DNA from: an uncultured Muribaculaceae bacterium
GTDB lineage: Bacteria > Bacillota_I > Bacilli_A > RF39 > UBA660
Reading direction: 5' to 3'
Length of the DNA stretch: 58,238 nucleotides
NCBI GenBank assembly: GCA_964447275.1
Contig: CAYURI010000005.1
Coordinates: 1-58,238 of the forward strand
The stretch's first letter is position 1. Every line of letters begins with the position of its first letter. Shown in pieces: positions 47,621-57,395 of the stretch. The translations under genes were made by a program, and so were the position numbers. The notes below the pieces were generated by a model, which was given only the letters and a program-made list of their open reading frames with translations, was not told the DNA's origin and made no database searches.

Positions 47621-50422
47621 ATGGATAAAATTATCATTAAAGGGGCTCGAGAAAATAATCTTAAGAATATTGACTTAGAGATTCCAAAAAACAAATTAGT
47701 TGTTATGACTGGAGTAAGTGGTAGTGGTAAAAGCAGTTTAGCTTTTGATACCATTTATGCTGAAGGCCAAAGAAGATATGTTGAATCCCTTAGTGCTTAT
47801 GCTAGGCAGTTTTTGGGTGGTACAGAGAAGCCTGATGTTGACTCTATTGAAGGATTATCACCAAGTATTTCGATTGATCAAAAAAGCACTAATAAGAATC
47901 CTCGTAGTACAGTGGGAACGATAACCGAGATCTATGATTATTTACGTCTTTTATATGCCAGAATTGGTATTCCTCATTGCCCAACTCATAAAGTAAAAAT
48001 AAAAAGCCAAAGCATTGAAGAAATGACTAATAAAATTCTTGATTATGAAGAAGAATCAAAAGTAGAAATAATGGCTCCGGTTATAAGGGGCGAAAAGGGC
48101 ACTCATAAAGATCTATTAGATAAATTAAGAAAAGAAGGCTATAGCAGAGTTAGGGTTAATGGTGAATTAAGAGATTTAAGTGAAGAAATTATTCTAGAAA
48201 AGACCAAGAAAAGTAATATTGAGGTTGTAATTGATCGTATTATTTTAAATAAAAAAGATCGTTCTAGATTATTTGAAGCAATTGAAACAAGTACTAAACT
48301 AGCTAATGGGAAAGTTTTGGTAAAAGTTAATAACGAAGAATTGTTAATGAGTGAAAAGTATGCTTGTGTTCATTGTAATTATTCGATTGATGAATTAGAA
48401 CCAAGAATGTTTTCTTTTAACTCACCTTATGGGGCTTGTCCAGAATGTAAGGGTTTAGGAGTAAAATCAAAAGTTGATGAAAACTTAATTGTTGATAATT
48501 GGGATAAATCAATTAATGATGGTGCAATTAGTGTTATAACTAGTGATAATAATATTTATTTTACTAGTTTAGAAGCTTTATGTAGTGTTTATAAAATTGA
48601 TATGAATAAGCCATTAAAAGATTTAAGTCGCCAAGAATTAGATTTAATATTTTATGGTTCTGATAAACCAATTTTGTTTAAATATGTTTCTAAGAATGGT
48701 CATAAGAGTGAAAAAACTGATTATTACGAAGGGATTATTAATAATTTCCAAAGAAGATATTTAGAGACAACCAGCAGTTGGGTTAGAGAATGGATTGAAG
48801 GCTTCATGATTGAAAGTGAGTGTCCTTTATGTCATGGGGCAAGATTGAGCGAAGGCATTCTAGCGGTTTTAATAAATGATAAAAATATTTATGATTTAAC
48901 TTTATTATCAATTAAAGACTTATATAACTTTATTGATAATTTAAAATTAACTAAGGAAGAAGAAAACATTTCCCACTTATTAATTATTGAAATAAAAAAT
49001 CGTTTAGAGTTTTTACTTAATGTTGGTTTAGGATATTTAAGTTTATCAAGAAGTGCTAGTACTTTATCTGGTGGTGAAGCGCAAAGAATAAGACTAGCTA
49101 CGCAGATAGGATCGAAATTAACTGGGGTTTTATATGTTTTAGATGAACCAAGTATTGGGTTACATCAAAAAGATAATGATAAATTGATTGCTTCTTTAAA
49201 AAGTATGAGAGATTTAGGTAACAGTTTAATTGTTGTAGAACATGATTTAGACACCATGAGGGAAGCTGATTATTTAGTTGATATTGGCCCAGTAGCAGGA
49301 AGTAAAGGCGGTTATATAGTGGCTTATGGTACACCAGAAGAAGTTATGCAAAATGAAAATAGTATTACCGGAAGATATTTAAGTGGTAAAGAAAAAATTG
49401 ATGTACCAAGTAAAAGAAGACCTGGAAATAAAAGAAAAATAACCATTGAAAAAGCTTCTGAAAATAATTTAAAAAACATTACAGTAGATTTTCCTTTAGG
49501 CGAATTCATTTGTGTAACAGGTGTAAGTGGTAGTGGTAAAAGCAGCTTAGTAAATGAAATCCTTTATAAAAATGTTGCTAACAAATTATATAAAGCTAAA
49601 GAAACTCCTGGTAAATGCAAAAATATTAAGGGTTTAGAAAATATTGATAAAGTGGTAATGATTAGCCAAGACCCAATTGGTAGAACACCAAGAAGCAATC
49701 CGGCCACCTATGTTGGTGTTATGGATGATATTAGGAATGTTTTTGCCGATACCAAAGAAGCCAAAATAAGAGGCTATAAATCAGGAAGATTCTCATTTAA
49801 TGTCAAAGGTGGTAGATGTGAAGCTTGCCAAGGGGACGGGATTAAGAGAATTGAAATGCATTTCTTACCAGACGTTTATGTTCCTTGTGATGTTTGTCAT
49901 GGGAAAAGATATAATAGTGAAACGTTAGATATTAAGTTTAAAGACAAAAATATTGCTGATGTTTTAGGAATGAGAGTTGAAGAAGCGGTAGAATTCTTTG
50001 ATAAAATCCCAAAAGTAAGACATAAATTACAAACCATGATGGATGTTGGGCTTTCTTATATTGAACTTGGTCAAAGTGCAACAACTTTATCTGGTGGCGA
50101 AGCCGGAAGAACTAAGTTAGCTAAAGAGTTGCAAAAGAAAGCAACTGGCAAAAGTTTGTTTATTTTGGATGAACCAACTACTGGACTTCATAGTGAAGAT
50201 ATTAAAAAACTACTAAATATTTTAAATAGAATTGTTGATAATGGTGATACTGTAGTTGTTATTGAGCATAATTTAGATGTTATCAAAGTGTGCGATTATA
50301 TAATTGATCTTGGGCCTAATGGTGGAGATGAAGGTGGCGAAATAGTTGCTTTAGGAACTCCAGAAGAGGTTGCTAAAAATGTCAAATCATATACAGGTGA
50401 ATATTTAAAAACTGTCTTATAG
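47621..50422 (+). CDS. uvrA: Excinuclease ABC subunit A
   Basis: GARENNLKN, two GVSGSGKSSL, two LSGGEA, zinc fingers, LDEP motifs. Confidence 0.98.
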   Translation: MDKIIIKGARENNLKNIDLEIPKNKLVVMTGVSGSGKSSLAFDTIYAEGQRRYVESLSAYARQFLGGTEKPDVDSIEGLSPSISIDQKSTNKNPRSTVGTITEIYDYLRLLYARIGIPHCPTHKVKIKSQSIEEMTNKILDYEEESKVEIMAPVIRGEKGTHKDLLDKLRKEGYSRVRVNGELRDLSEEIILEKTKKSNIEVVIDRIILNKKDRSRLFEAIETSTKLANGKVLVKVNNEELLMSEKYACVHCNYSIDELEPRMFSFNSPYGACPECKGLGVKSKVDENLIVDNWDKSINDGAISVITSDNNIYFTSLEALCSVYKIDMNKPLKDLSRQELDLIFYGSDKPILFKYVSKNGHKSEKTDYYEGIINNFQRRYLETTSSWVREWIEGFMIESECPLCHGARLSEGILAVLINDKNIYDLTLLSIKDLYNFIDNLKLTKEEENISHLLIIEIKNRLEFLLNVGLGYLSLSRSASTLSGGEAQRIRLATQIGSKLTGVLYVLDEPSIGLHQKDNDKLIASLKSMRDLGNSLIVVEHDLDTMREADYLVDIGPVAGSKGGYIVAYGTPEEVMQNENSITGRYLSGKEKIDVPSKRRPGNKRKITIEKASENNLKNITVDFPLGEFICVTGVSGSGKSSLVNEILYKNVANKLYKAKETPGKCKNIKGLENIDKVVMISQDPIGRTPRSNPATYVGVMDDIRNVFADTKEAKIRGYKSGRFSFNVKGGRCEACQGDGIKRIEMHFLPDVYVPCDVCHGKRYNSETLDIKFKDKNIADVLGMRVEEAVEFFDKIPKVRHKLQTMMDVGLSYIELGQSATTLSGGEAGRTKLAKELQKKATGKSLFILDEPTTGLHSEDIKKLLNILNRIVDNGDTVVVIEHNLDVIKVCDYIIDLGPNGGDEGGEIVALGTPEEVAKNVKSYTGEYLKTVL

Positions 50423-50461
50423 TAGAAAAGCAAGAATAATTATTATATAATTGTTCTGGAG

Positions 50462-51289
50462 ATGATAGATTTGAATCCAGTATTATTAGATTTAGATTTT
50501 ATAACCATTAAGTGGTATTCAATATTAATACTAGTTGGAGCTTTAATAGGGATAATTTTAGCAATTATGGAAGCCAAGAAGTTTAAAATTACTTCTGACT
50601 TTATGTTTAACTTGGCTTTTTGGACAATCTTATCAGCATTTGTTGGAGCAAGGCTTTACTATATTGCATTTAATTGGTCTTATTATAGTAAAAATCTTTT
50701 AGAAATTGTTCAAATATGGCAAGGGGGGCTTGCTATTCATGGTGGAATTATTGGTGGCTTTTTAGCAATCCTGGTTTATACTAAAAAATATCAAGTTAGA
50801 ACTTTTAAATTTACCGATATTATTGTTCCTAGTTTAATAATTGGCCAAGCAATTGGTAGGTGGGGGAATTTCTTTAATGGCGAAGCCCATGGCGTAGCAA
50901 CCACTTTAGAAAACTTACAAAGGCTAAGAATCCCAGAATTTATAATTAATGGCATGAATATTGGTGGCATTTATTACCAACCAACATTCTTTTATGAATC
51001 ACTATGGTGTTTACTGGGGTTTATAGTTTTAATTGTTGTTAGAAGAATAAAATATATTAAAGTCGGTCAACTAACAGCTATTTATTTAATGTGGTATTCG
51101 GTTGGTAGATTCTTTATTGAAGCAAGTAGAACTGACTCATTAATGATTGGAACATTTAAAATGGCTCAAATAATATCAGTTGGTTTATTAGTATTAGGAA
51201 TAGTCTTATTTATTGTTTTTGGTCAAAAAGGATCTAAGTTAGAAAATTTATATGGGGAAATAGGTAATGAAGAAGATATTAGATTTTAA
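50462..51289 (+). CDS. lgt: Prolipoprotein diacylglyceryl transferase
   Basis: GARLYY, GGLAIHGG, GQAIGRWGNFFNGEAHG, PTFFYES, RFFIEASRTD. Confidence 0.96.
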   Translation: MIDLNPVLLDLDFITIKWYSILILVGALIGIILAIMEAKKFKITSDFMFNLAFWTILSAFVGARLYYIAFNWSYYSKNLLEIVQIWQGGLAIHGGIIGGFLAILVYTKKYQVRTFKFTDIIVPSLIIGQAIGRWGNFFNGEAHGVATTLENLQRLRIPEFIINGMNIGGIYYQPTFFYESLWCLLGFIVLIVVRRIKYIKVGQLTAIYLMWYSVGRFFIEASRTDSLMIGTFKMAQIISVGLLVLGIVLFIVFGQKGSKLENLYGEIGNEEDIRF

Positions 51290-51298
51290 GGAGGATTT

Positions 51299-52189
51299 AT
51301 GATATACGATGTAATTATAATTGGCGCTGGGCCAGCGGGAATAAGTGCTGCTATATATGCGAAAAGAAGTGGCATGAATACTTTGGTATTAGAAAAGGGC
51401 ATGCCTGGTGGTTTAGTTAATTATACTAGTTTAGTTGAAAATTATCCTGGCTATAAAAATATTTCTGGGCCAGATTTAGCAATGAAGTTTTATGAGCATT
51501 TATTAGAAACAAAAGTGGAAGTAAAAGCTGAAGAAGCAATTAAAATTATTCCTGGTGATATTAAAAAAATAGTAACTAAAAATAGTGAATATCAAGCTAA
51601 AACTGTTATTATTGCTTGTGGCAGGAAAGCTAGAGAACTGGGTTTAGAAAATGAAACTAAGTTTGCAGGAAACGGAATAAGCTATTGTGCTTTGTGTGAT
51701 GGACCATTATATAAGAACAAAGTAGTAGCAGTTTATGGTGGGGGTAATAGCGCTTTTGAAGAAGGGCTATTCTTATCAGGATTTGCTAAAGAAGTAATCG
51801 TTTTAAATCGTAGTAAATCATTAAGAGCAGATAATGTTTTTCAAGAAAGATTAAAAGCTAAAACCAATATTAAGTTTTTTGATGAATGTAAAATCACGAA
51901 GTTAAATGGTAACGATAAATTAGAAAGTGTTGAAATAAATAATAACGAAACAATTGCTATTGATGGTTTATTTGTTTATATTGGCTTTTTACCAGCTACT
52001 GACTTTGTTAAAGAATTAGATATTTGTAATGAACAAGGTTACATTATTGTTAATGAAAAATATGAAACTAAAATATCAGGAGTGTTTGCTGTAGGAGACG
52101 CCGATAGTAAAAACATCTATCAAATTGTAACAGCTATAAGTGAAGGAGCAACTGCAGCAGTAAATGCTTATACTAAAATTAGTAATTAA
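51299..52189 (+). CDS. trxB: Thioredoxin-disulfide reductase
   Basis: IIGAGPAG, VENYPG, GISYCALCDG, GGGNSA, GVFAVGD. Confidence 0.94.
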   Translation: MIYDVIIIGAGPAGISAAIYAKRSGMNTLVLEKGMPGGLVNYTSLVENYPGYKNISGPDLAMKFYEHLLETKVEVKAEEAIKIIPGDIKKIVTKNSEYQAKTVIIACGRKARELGLENETKFAGNGISYCALCDGPLYKNKVVAVYGGGNSAFEEGLFLSGFAKEVIVLNRSKSLRADNVFQERLKAKTNIKFFDECKITKLNGNDKLESVEINNNETIAIDGLFVYIGFLPATDFVKELDICNEQGYIIVNEKYETKISGVFAVGDADSKNIYQIVTAISEGATAAVNAYTKISN

Positions 52190-52236
52190 TTTTACTGATT
52201 TTTTTCTTATATGATAAAATTAAGTTGGTGAAAAAA

Positions 52237-52596
52237 ATGGATAAAGTATTAAATATTGCTTATTTAGGTGATGCTGTATATGAATTATATATTCGTAATT
52301 TTTTATTGACTTTAAATATTAGTAATAGCGGTGACTTGCAAAAACGTAGTTTAAATTACGTTAGTGCTAAAAGTCAAAGAAAGCATTTAGAAAATTTAAT
52401 AAACAATAATTTATTAACAGAAGAAGAATTAGATTTAATTAGAAAAGGTAGAAATGCTAAAGGAACAAAATGCAAAAGTACTGATATAGTTACTTATCGA
52501 ATAGCGACCGGATTAGAATATTTATTTGGTATATTATATATAAGAAAGGATATGGGAAGAATTGAACAAATAATTTCTCATATAGTTGGTGCATAA
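52237..52596 (+). CDS. mrnC: Mini-ribonuclease III
   Basis: AYLGDAVYELYIR, SAKSQ, GRNAK, YRIATGLEYLFG. Start set at ATG 52237. Confidence 0.93.
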   Translation: MDKVLNIAYLGDAVYELYIRNFLLTLNISNSGDLQKRSLNYVSAKSQRKHLENLINNNLLTEEELDLIRKGRNAKGTKCKSTDIVTYRIATGLEYLFGILYIRKDMGRIEQIISHIVGA

Positions 52597-53277
52597 ATGA
52601 GAGTATGTGGTAGAAATGTTTTTAATGAACTTAAAAGTGATCCTAGTAAAATTAAAAAAATTTATTTAAGTAAAAATGTTGATAATGAAGTATATACTTT
52701 TGTTAAAGAAAATAAAATCTTGTTTGAAGTGATGGATACATTTAAATTAGATAAATTAGTTAAGGGAGTTCATCAGGGAATTGTCATGGAAGTAAATGAT
52801 TTTGAATATGCCAATTTAGCAGATTTAATTAATTTTGACAAGCTAATAATTCTTGATCACTTACAAGATCCCCACAATTTTGGGGCAATCATTAGAACCG
52901 CTGAAGCTTTAGGAGTAAAAGGAATAATAATTCCTAAGAATCGTAGTGTAAGTATTAATGAGACAGTTATGAAAGTAAGTGCTGGAGCATTAAATTATGT
53001 TAAGATATGTATGGAGAGTAATTTAGTAAATGTAATTGACAAATTAAAAAGTTTAAACTACTTTATTTATGGAACTGATATGGTTGGCAAAAATTATCAT
53101 GAAGTTAGTTATGCTAATAAAACTGTTTTAGTAATTGGTAGTGAAGGCGATGGCATTAGTGATTTAGTAAAAAAGAATTGTGATGAAATTGTTACTATTC
53201 CAATGGTTGGTAATATTAATAGTCTTAATGCTAGCGTAGCAACAGCAATAATTCTTAGTGAAATAGTGAGGAAATAA
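52597..53277 (+). CDS. rlmB: 23S rRNA Gm2251 methyltransferase (SpoU family)
   Basis: HQGIV, LDHLQDPHNFGAIIRTA, IGSEGDG, IPMVGNINSLNASVA. Confidence 0.94.
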   Translation: MRVCGRNVFNELKSDPSKIKKIYLSKNVDNEVYTFVKENKILFEVMDTFKLDKLVKGVHQGIVMEVNDFEYANLADLINFDKLIILDHLQDPHNFGAIIRTAEALGVKGIIIPKNRSVSINETVMKVSAGALNYVKICMESNLVNVIDKLKSLNYFIYGTDMVGKNYHEVSYANKTVLVIGSEGDGISDLVKKNCDEIVTIPMVGNINSLNASVATAIILSEIVRK

Positions 53278-53888
53278 TGGAATATAAAGATTATAATGAT
53301 GAGGAGTTAGTTTATTTGATAAAAGAACGTTCTTTAGAGGCTAAAGATATTTTATTAAATAAATATAAATATATTATTGATGCTTTGATAAAAAAATATT
53401 CATCTGTTATTAGAATGCTAGGGCTTGATTTTAAAGACATTTATCAAGAAGCTTATCTAGGATTTACTGATGCGATAAATAATTATGATCCTGATAAAGA
53501 TTCGTCAATAAAAACATTTGTAAGTTTATGTGTCCAAAGAAAAATTCAAACAGCTTTAAGAAATGCTAATACCTTAAAAAATAAAATGTTAAATGAAAGC
53601 TTATCATTAGAACAGAGCTATCAAGATGAAAAAGATCCACTTTTGTATACAATTGGTGATATAAAAGAAGATCCTTTATTTAAAATAATTGATCAAGAAG
53701 GCGAAAGGGACTTGGACGAAAAGATTAGAACAGAGTTGTCGCCATTTGAATATGAAGTCTACTCATTACTAATAAATGCGCTTGATTATAATGAAATTGC
53801 GGTGATATTAGAAAAAGACGCAAAACAGATTGATAACACCATTCAAAGGATTAGAAATAAAGTTAAAAAGATCATAGGTTTGAATTAA
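53277..53888 (+). CDS. sigH: SigH/ComX-type alternative sigma-70 factor
   Basis: DEELV, DIYQEAYLG, FVSLCVQRKI, LSLE, LSPFEYEV, IDNTIQRIRNK; lies between rlmB and secE. Confidence 0.9.
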   Translation: MEYKDYNDEELVYLIKERSLEAKDILLNKYKYIIDALIKKYSSVIRMLGLDFKDIYQEAYLGFTDAINNYDPDKDSSIKTFVSLCVQRKIQTALRNANTLKNKMLNESLSLEQSYQDEKDPLLYTIGDIKEDPLFKIIDQEGERDLDEKIRTELSPFEYEVYSLLINALDYNEIAVILEKDAKQIDNTIQRIRNKVKKIIGLN

Positions 53889-53973
53889 TATTTCTTGACT
53901 TTTAGAAAGTTTATGATATATTAATATAAGACACGAAATAGTGTTTTTATTTTGAAATAAAATGAGGTAAGTT

Positions 53974-54168
53974 ATGAAAGAGAAAAAAGTAAGTAATAAG
54001 CCAAACTTCTTTAAAGGAGTAAAGCTAGAGTTGAGCAAAGTAAAATGGCCAGACGCTAAAACCATGATTAAATATACCATTGCGACATTAGCGTTTGTTA
54101 TTTTCTTTGGAGCCTTCTTTTATGGTATCAACCTTTTATTTGCACTTTTGAAGGGGATGTTTAATTAA
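53974..54168 (+). CDS. secE: Preprotein translocase subunit SecE
   Basis: FFKGVKLELSKVKWP plus one TM helix; upstream of nusG. Confidence 0.94.
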   Translation: MKEKKVSNKPNFFKGVKLELSKVKWPDAKTMIKYTIATLAFVIFFGAFFYGINLLFALLKGMFN

Positions 54169-54707
54169 TGGAAAATGAAAAATTATGGTATGTAGTTAAT
54201 ACCTACAGTGGCCACGAAAGCAAAGTTAAAGAAAAATTAGAAATGCGTACTGAATCAATGGGGATGCAGGATCATATTTTTAGAGTCATCGTTCCTGAGA
54301 CTAAAGAAGTTGAAGTAAAAGATGGTGTTAAAAAAGAAAAAATAAAAAAGATGTTTCCAGGATATATTCTTGTTGAAATGATTATGAGTGATGAGGCTTG
54401 GTATATAGTTCGTAATACACCGGGTGTTACAGGCTTTATTGGTTCAAGCGGTAAAGGAGCAAAACCAACACCACTTCTTCCTCAAGAAATTGACCGAATC
54501 TTATCATCAATTGGTATGAGTAGAATGGATGCTCAAAGTGAGCTTGCCCTTGGCGATAAAGTCAATGTCATCGATGGACCATTCAAAGGTATGATGGGTA
54601 AAGTTGACCATATTGATTTAGAAAATAATCGTTTAAATGTTTTAATTGATTTATTCGGTCAAGAAACTCCAGTTGAAGTTGAGATGTTTCAAGTTAGTAA
54701 GTTTTAA
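54168..54707 (+). CDS. nusG: Transcription termination/antitermination factor NusG
   Basis: WYVVNTYSGHE, FPGYILVEM, RNTPGVTGF, KOW DGPF, FGQETPVE. Confidence 0.97.
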   Translation: MENEKLWYVVNTYSGHESKVKEKLEMRTESMGMQDHIFRVIVPETKEVEVKDGVKKEKIKKMFPGYILVEMIMSDEAWYIVRNTPGVTGFIGSSGKGAKPTPLLPQEIDRILSSIGMSRMDAQSELALGDKVNVIDGPFKGMMGKVDHIDLENNRLNVLIDLFGQETPVEVEMFQVSKF

Positions 54708-54821
54708 TTACTAACTTTTTAATTGTGGCAAATAAAACAAGTTAAAAACACTTGCAACCACAGGCTATCTGTGTTAATATTCTAACTGCGGTTATGTATA
54801 TTTTATATATATAATAAAAAA

Positions 54822-54854
54822 GTGGGAGGGAAATGCGGATTTGCCCATGACCAC
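54822..54854 (+). promoter_or_regulatory. L1-binding leader hairpin of the rplK-rplA operon
   Basis: GTGGGAGGG...CCCATGACCAC upstream of rplK, the usual Firmicutes pattern. Confidence 0.75.
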
Positions 54855-54887
54855 TTAGCGAAAAAAATTTTATAGGAGGTGTTTTTC

Positions 54888-55514
54888 GTGGCAAAAGAAG
54901 TCGTAAAGATAACGAAAATTGAAATCCCGGCTGGTAAAGCTACACCTGCTCCACCTGTTGGAACAGCGTTAGGGCCGATGGGAATTAATCTACAAGAATT
55001 TTGTAGTGCCTTTAATGAAGCAACCAAAGATAAGATGGGAGATATTGTACCTGCTGAAATAACAGTTTATGATGACAGAACATTTAGTTTTGTATTAAAA
55101 ACTCCACCAACTCCATTCTTAATTAAAAAGTTTGCGAAAATTGAAAAAGGTAGTGCTAAGGGTGCTAACCAAGTAGTTGCAACATTAACTCAAGATGATT
55201 TAAGAAAGATTGCGGAAATTAAATTCCCAGACTTAAATGCATATGAGATTGAAAAAGCAATGAACACAGTAGCTGGTACTGCTCGTAATATGGGCGTTGC
55301 AATTAAGGGTGTAAATGATGCTGAACTTCAAGAACAAGGCGCTGAGGCAGCTAAAGAAGAAGCTGAAATGGCTAAACGTGAAGCTGAACTTGCTGAAATG
55401 GAACAAGAAGCTAAAGAAATGGCTGAAGCAGCTAAAGAAGTTGAAGTTGTTGGCGAAGAAGATTCTGAAGATAAAGCTCCAGAATCAACAAATGAAGAAT
55501 CAAGTGAAAATTAA
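54888..55514 (+). CDS. rplK: 50S ribosomal protein L11 with acidic C-terminal extension
   Basis: IPAGKATPAPPVGTALGP, FCSAFN, KTPP, AGTARNMG; GTG start at 54888 after AGGAGGTG; frame continues ~65 codons past the normal end. Confidence 0.96.
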   Translation: MAKEVVKITKIEIPAGKATPAPPVGTALGPMGINLQEFCSAFNEATKDKMGDIVPAEITVYDDRTFSFVLKTPPTPFLIKKFAKIEKGSAKGANQVVATLTQDDLRKIAEIKFPDLNAYEIEKAMNTVAGTARNMGVAIKGVNDAELQEQGAEAAKEEAEMAKREAELAEMEQEAKEMAEAAKEVEVVGEEDSEDKAPESTNEESSEN

Positions 55515-55545
55515 TCCGCTAATAAACCACGATTAGGAGGTAAAA

Positions 55546-56244
55546 ATGAGAAGACTAGGGAAAAAATATGTGGAAGCTTCTAAAAAAGTTGAAAGAAATA
55601 CTCTTTATTCTAAAGAAGAAGCGATAAAATTAGTAAAAGAAACAAATACAACTAAGTTTGATGGTTCAATTGATTTGGCTATTCGTTTAAATGTTGATCC
55701 AAGTAAAAATGATCAACAATTAAGGGGCTCAATTGTTTTACCAGCAGGAACTGGTAAAGTTCAAAAGATATTAGTTATAGCTGATGGCGAAGATGCTAAA
55801 AAAGCAACTGCTGCCGGAGCTGACTTTGTCGGAACTGAAGATATGATTGAAAAGATTGAAAAAGAAAACTGGTTTGGTTTCGATATTATTGTTGCAACAC
55901 CAAAGATGATGCCTAAATTAGGCAAACTTGGTAAAATTTTAGGGCCTAGAGGCTTAATGCCAAATCCTAAAACAAATACTGTAACAACTAATCCAGAAAG
56001 AGTTATTGGTGATATTAAAAAAGGAATGATTGAATATAAAACCGATTCTTACGGCAATGTTCATTCAATAATTGGTAAAATGTCATTTAAAGAAAAAGAC
56101 TTGCTAGATAACTTAACTTATTATGTTAAAATAATTACTAATTTAAGACCGACTTCAATTAAAGGTGACTTTGTGAAGAGTATATCTATATCAAGCACAA
56201 TGGGTCCTGGAATTAAAATAGATAAAAATTCTTTTGACATTTAA
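55546..56244 (+). CDS. rplA: 50S ribosomal protein L1
   Basis: KFDGSID, QQLRGSIVLP.GTGK, LGPRGLMPNPKT, SSTMGPG. Confidence 0.98.
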   Translation: MRRLGKKYVEASKKVERNTLYSKEEAIKLVKETNTTKFDGSIDLAIRLNVDPSKNDQQLRGSIVLPAGTGKVQKILVIADGEDAKKATAAGADFVGTEDMIEKIEKENWFGFDIIVATPKMMPKLGKLGKILGPRGLMPNPKTNTVTTNPERVIGDIKKGMIEYKTDSYGNVHSIIGKMSFKEKDLLDNLTYYVKIITNLRPTSIKGDFVKSISISSTMGPGIKIDKNSFDI

Positions 56245-56262
56245 AAAATAATCAAATATAAT
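56234..56262 (+). promoter_or_regulatory. Consensus SigA promoter of rplJ-rplL
   Basis: TTGACA-17 nt-TATAAT; -35 lies inside the last codons of rplA. Confidence 0.88.
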
Positions 56263-56269
56263 ACTAATG

Positions 56270-56372
56270 AAACGAACGTACCATAGACAGTAGGGGATAA
56301 CAAAATCTTAATAATCCTACCGAGGGAAAAGTAATAATATTTTTATGCTTTCCCTAATGGGAAAGTTTTTTT
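56270..56372 (+). promoter_or_regulatory. L10 leader with attenuator terminator
   Basis: TAGACAGTAGG...CCTACCGAGG core, then CTTTCCC-TAAT-GGGAAAG plus T run. Confidence 0.88.
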
Positions 56373-56391
56373 ATAAAAAAGGAGGAGTAAC

Positions 56392-56883
56392 ATGGCAAGT
56401 GAAAAAATCGTTAGCTTAAAAAAAGAAACAGTTAAAGAAATAGTTGATAAAATTAAAAACAGTGAAGCAGTTATTTTATTTAGCTATCAAGGATTATCAG
56501 TTTCTGATTTAGGCAAACTTAGAAGAGAACTTAGAAGTGTTGATAGTGAAGTTAAAGTATATAAAAACACTTTAACCAAAAGAGCCTTAGATGAATTAAA
56601 AGTTGATTTAACAAATTTCATGGAAGGCCCAAACGCTTTACTTTTTGGTAAAAGTTTACTTGAGCCAATTAAAGTCATAGCTAATTTTGCAAAAAGTCAT
56701 GATAAATTACAAATAAGAGTTGGTATTCTAAGTGGTGAAGTGGCTGATATTAATGTTATTAAAGAATATGCTAATATCCCATCAAGAGAAGGCTTGCTTA
56801 AAATGGTTGCAAGTGGCTTATTACAATACTTACGCGAATTTGCAATTGGTCTTGATATGATAAGCAAACAAAAAGAGGAATAA
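56392..56883 (+). CDS. rplJ: 50S ribosomal protein L10
   Basis: YQGLSV, LRRELR, KVYKNTL, GPNALLF, IPSREGLL. Confidence 0.97.
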   Translation: MASEKIVSLKKETVKEIVDKIKNSEAVILFSYQGLSVSDLGKLRRELRSVDSEVKVYKNTLTKRALDELKVDLTNFMEGPNALLFGKSLLEPIKVIANFAKSHDKLQIRVGILSGEVADINVIKEYANIPSREGLLKMVASGLLQYLREFAIGLDMISKQKEE

Positions 56884-56914
56884 AAATTAAAACGAAAGAA
56901 AGGAAGATATAAAA

Positions 56915-57280
56915 ATGGCAAAGATTACAAAAGAAGACATAATTGCAGCTTTAAAAGAAATGACAATCCTAGAAGTTAAAGGATTAGTTGATGCAATGAA
57001 AGAAGAGTTTGGTGTTGATCCATCAGCTGTAGCAGTAGCTGCTGCACCTGCTGAAGCTAAAGAAGAAGAAAGTTCAACAAAGACTGTTGTTTTAAAAGAA
57101 GCTGGCGCTACGAAAATAGCAGTTATTAAAGTAATCCGTGAAATCACTGGTTTAGGTCTAGTTGAAGCTAAAGGTGTTGCTGATAACGGCGGAAATGTTA
57201 AAGAAAACGTTTCTGTTGATGAAGCTAATGCAGTTAAAGCTAAATTAGAAGAAGCTGGCGCAACAGTAGAATTAGTTTAA
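56915..57280 (+). CDS. rplL: 50S ribosomal protein L7/L12
   Basis: MKEEFGV, KIAVIKVIREITGLGLVEAK, LEEAGATVEL. Confidence 0.98.
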   Translation: MAKITKEDIIAALKEMTILEVKGLVDAMKEEFGVDPSAVAVAAAPAEAKEEESSTKTVVLKEAGATKIAVIKVIREITGLGLVEAKGVADNGGNVKENVSVDEANAVKAKLEEAGATVELV

Positions 57281-57290
57281 TAAATAAATT

Positions 57291-57312
57291 AAGAACCAAT
57301 GGTTCTTTTTTT
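57291..57312 (+). terminator. Intrinsic terminator after rplL
   Basis: AAGAACC-AAT-GGTTCTT plus T run. Confidence 0.8.
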
Positions 57313-57395
57313 ATGCCTTTTGTAAAGCTTAAAAGGACGATATTTGTTATTTATAACTAAATAAGATATAATTAATTCAGGAAGAAATGATATAA

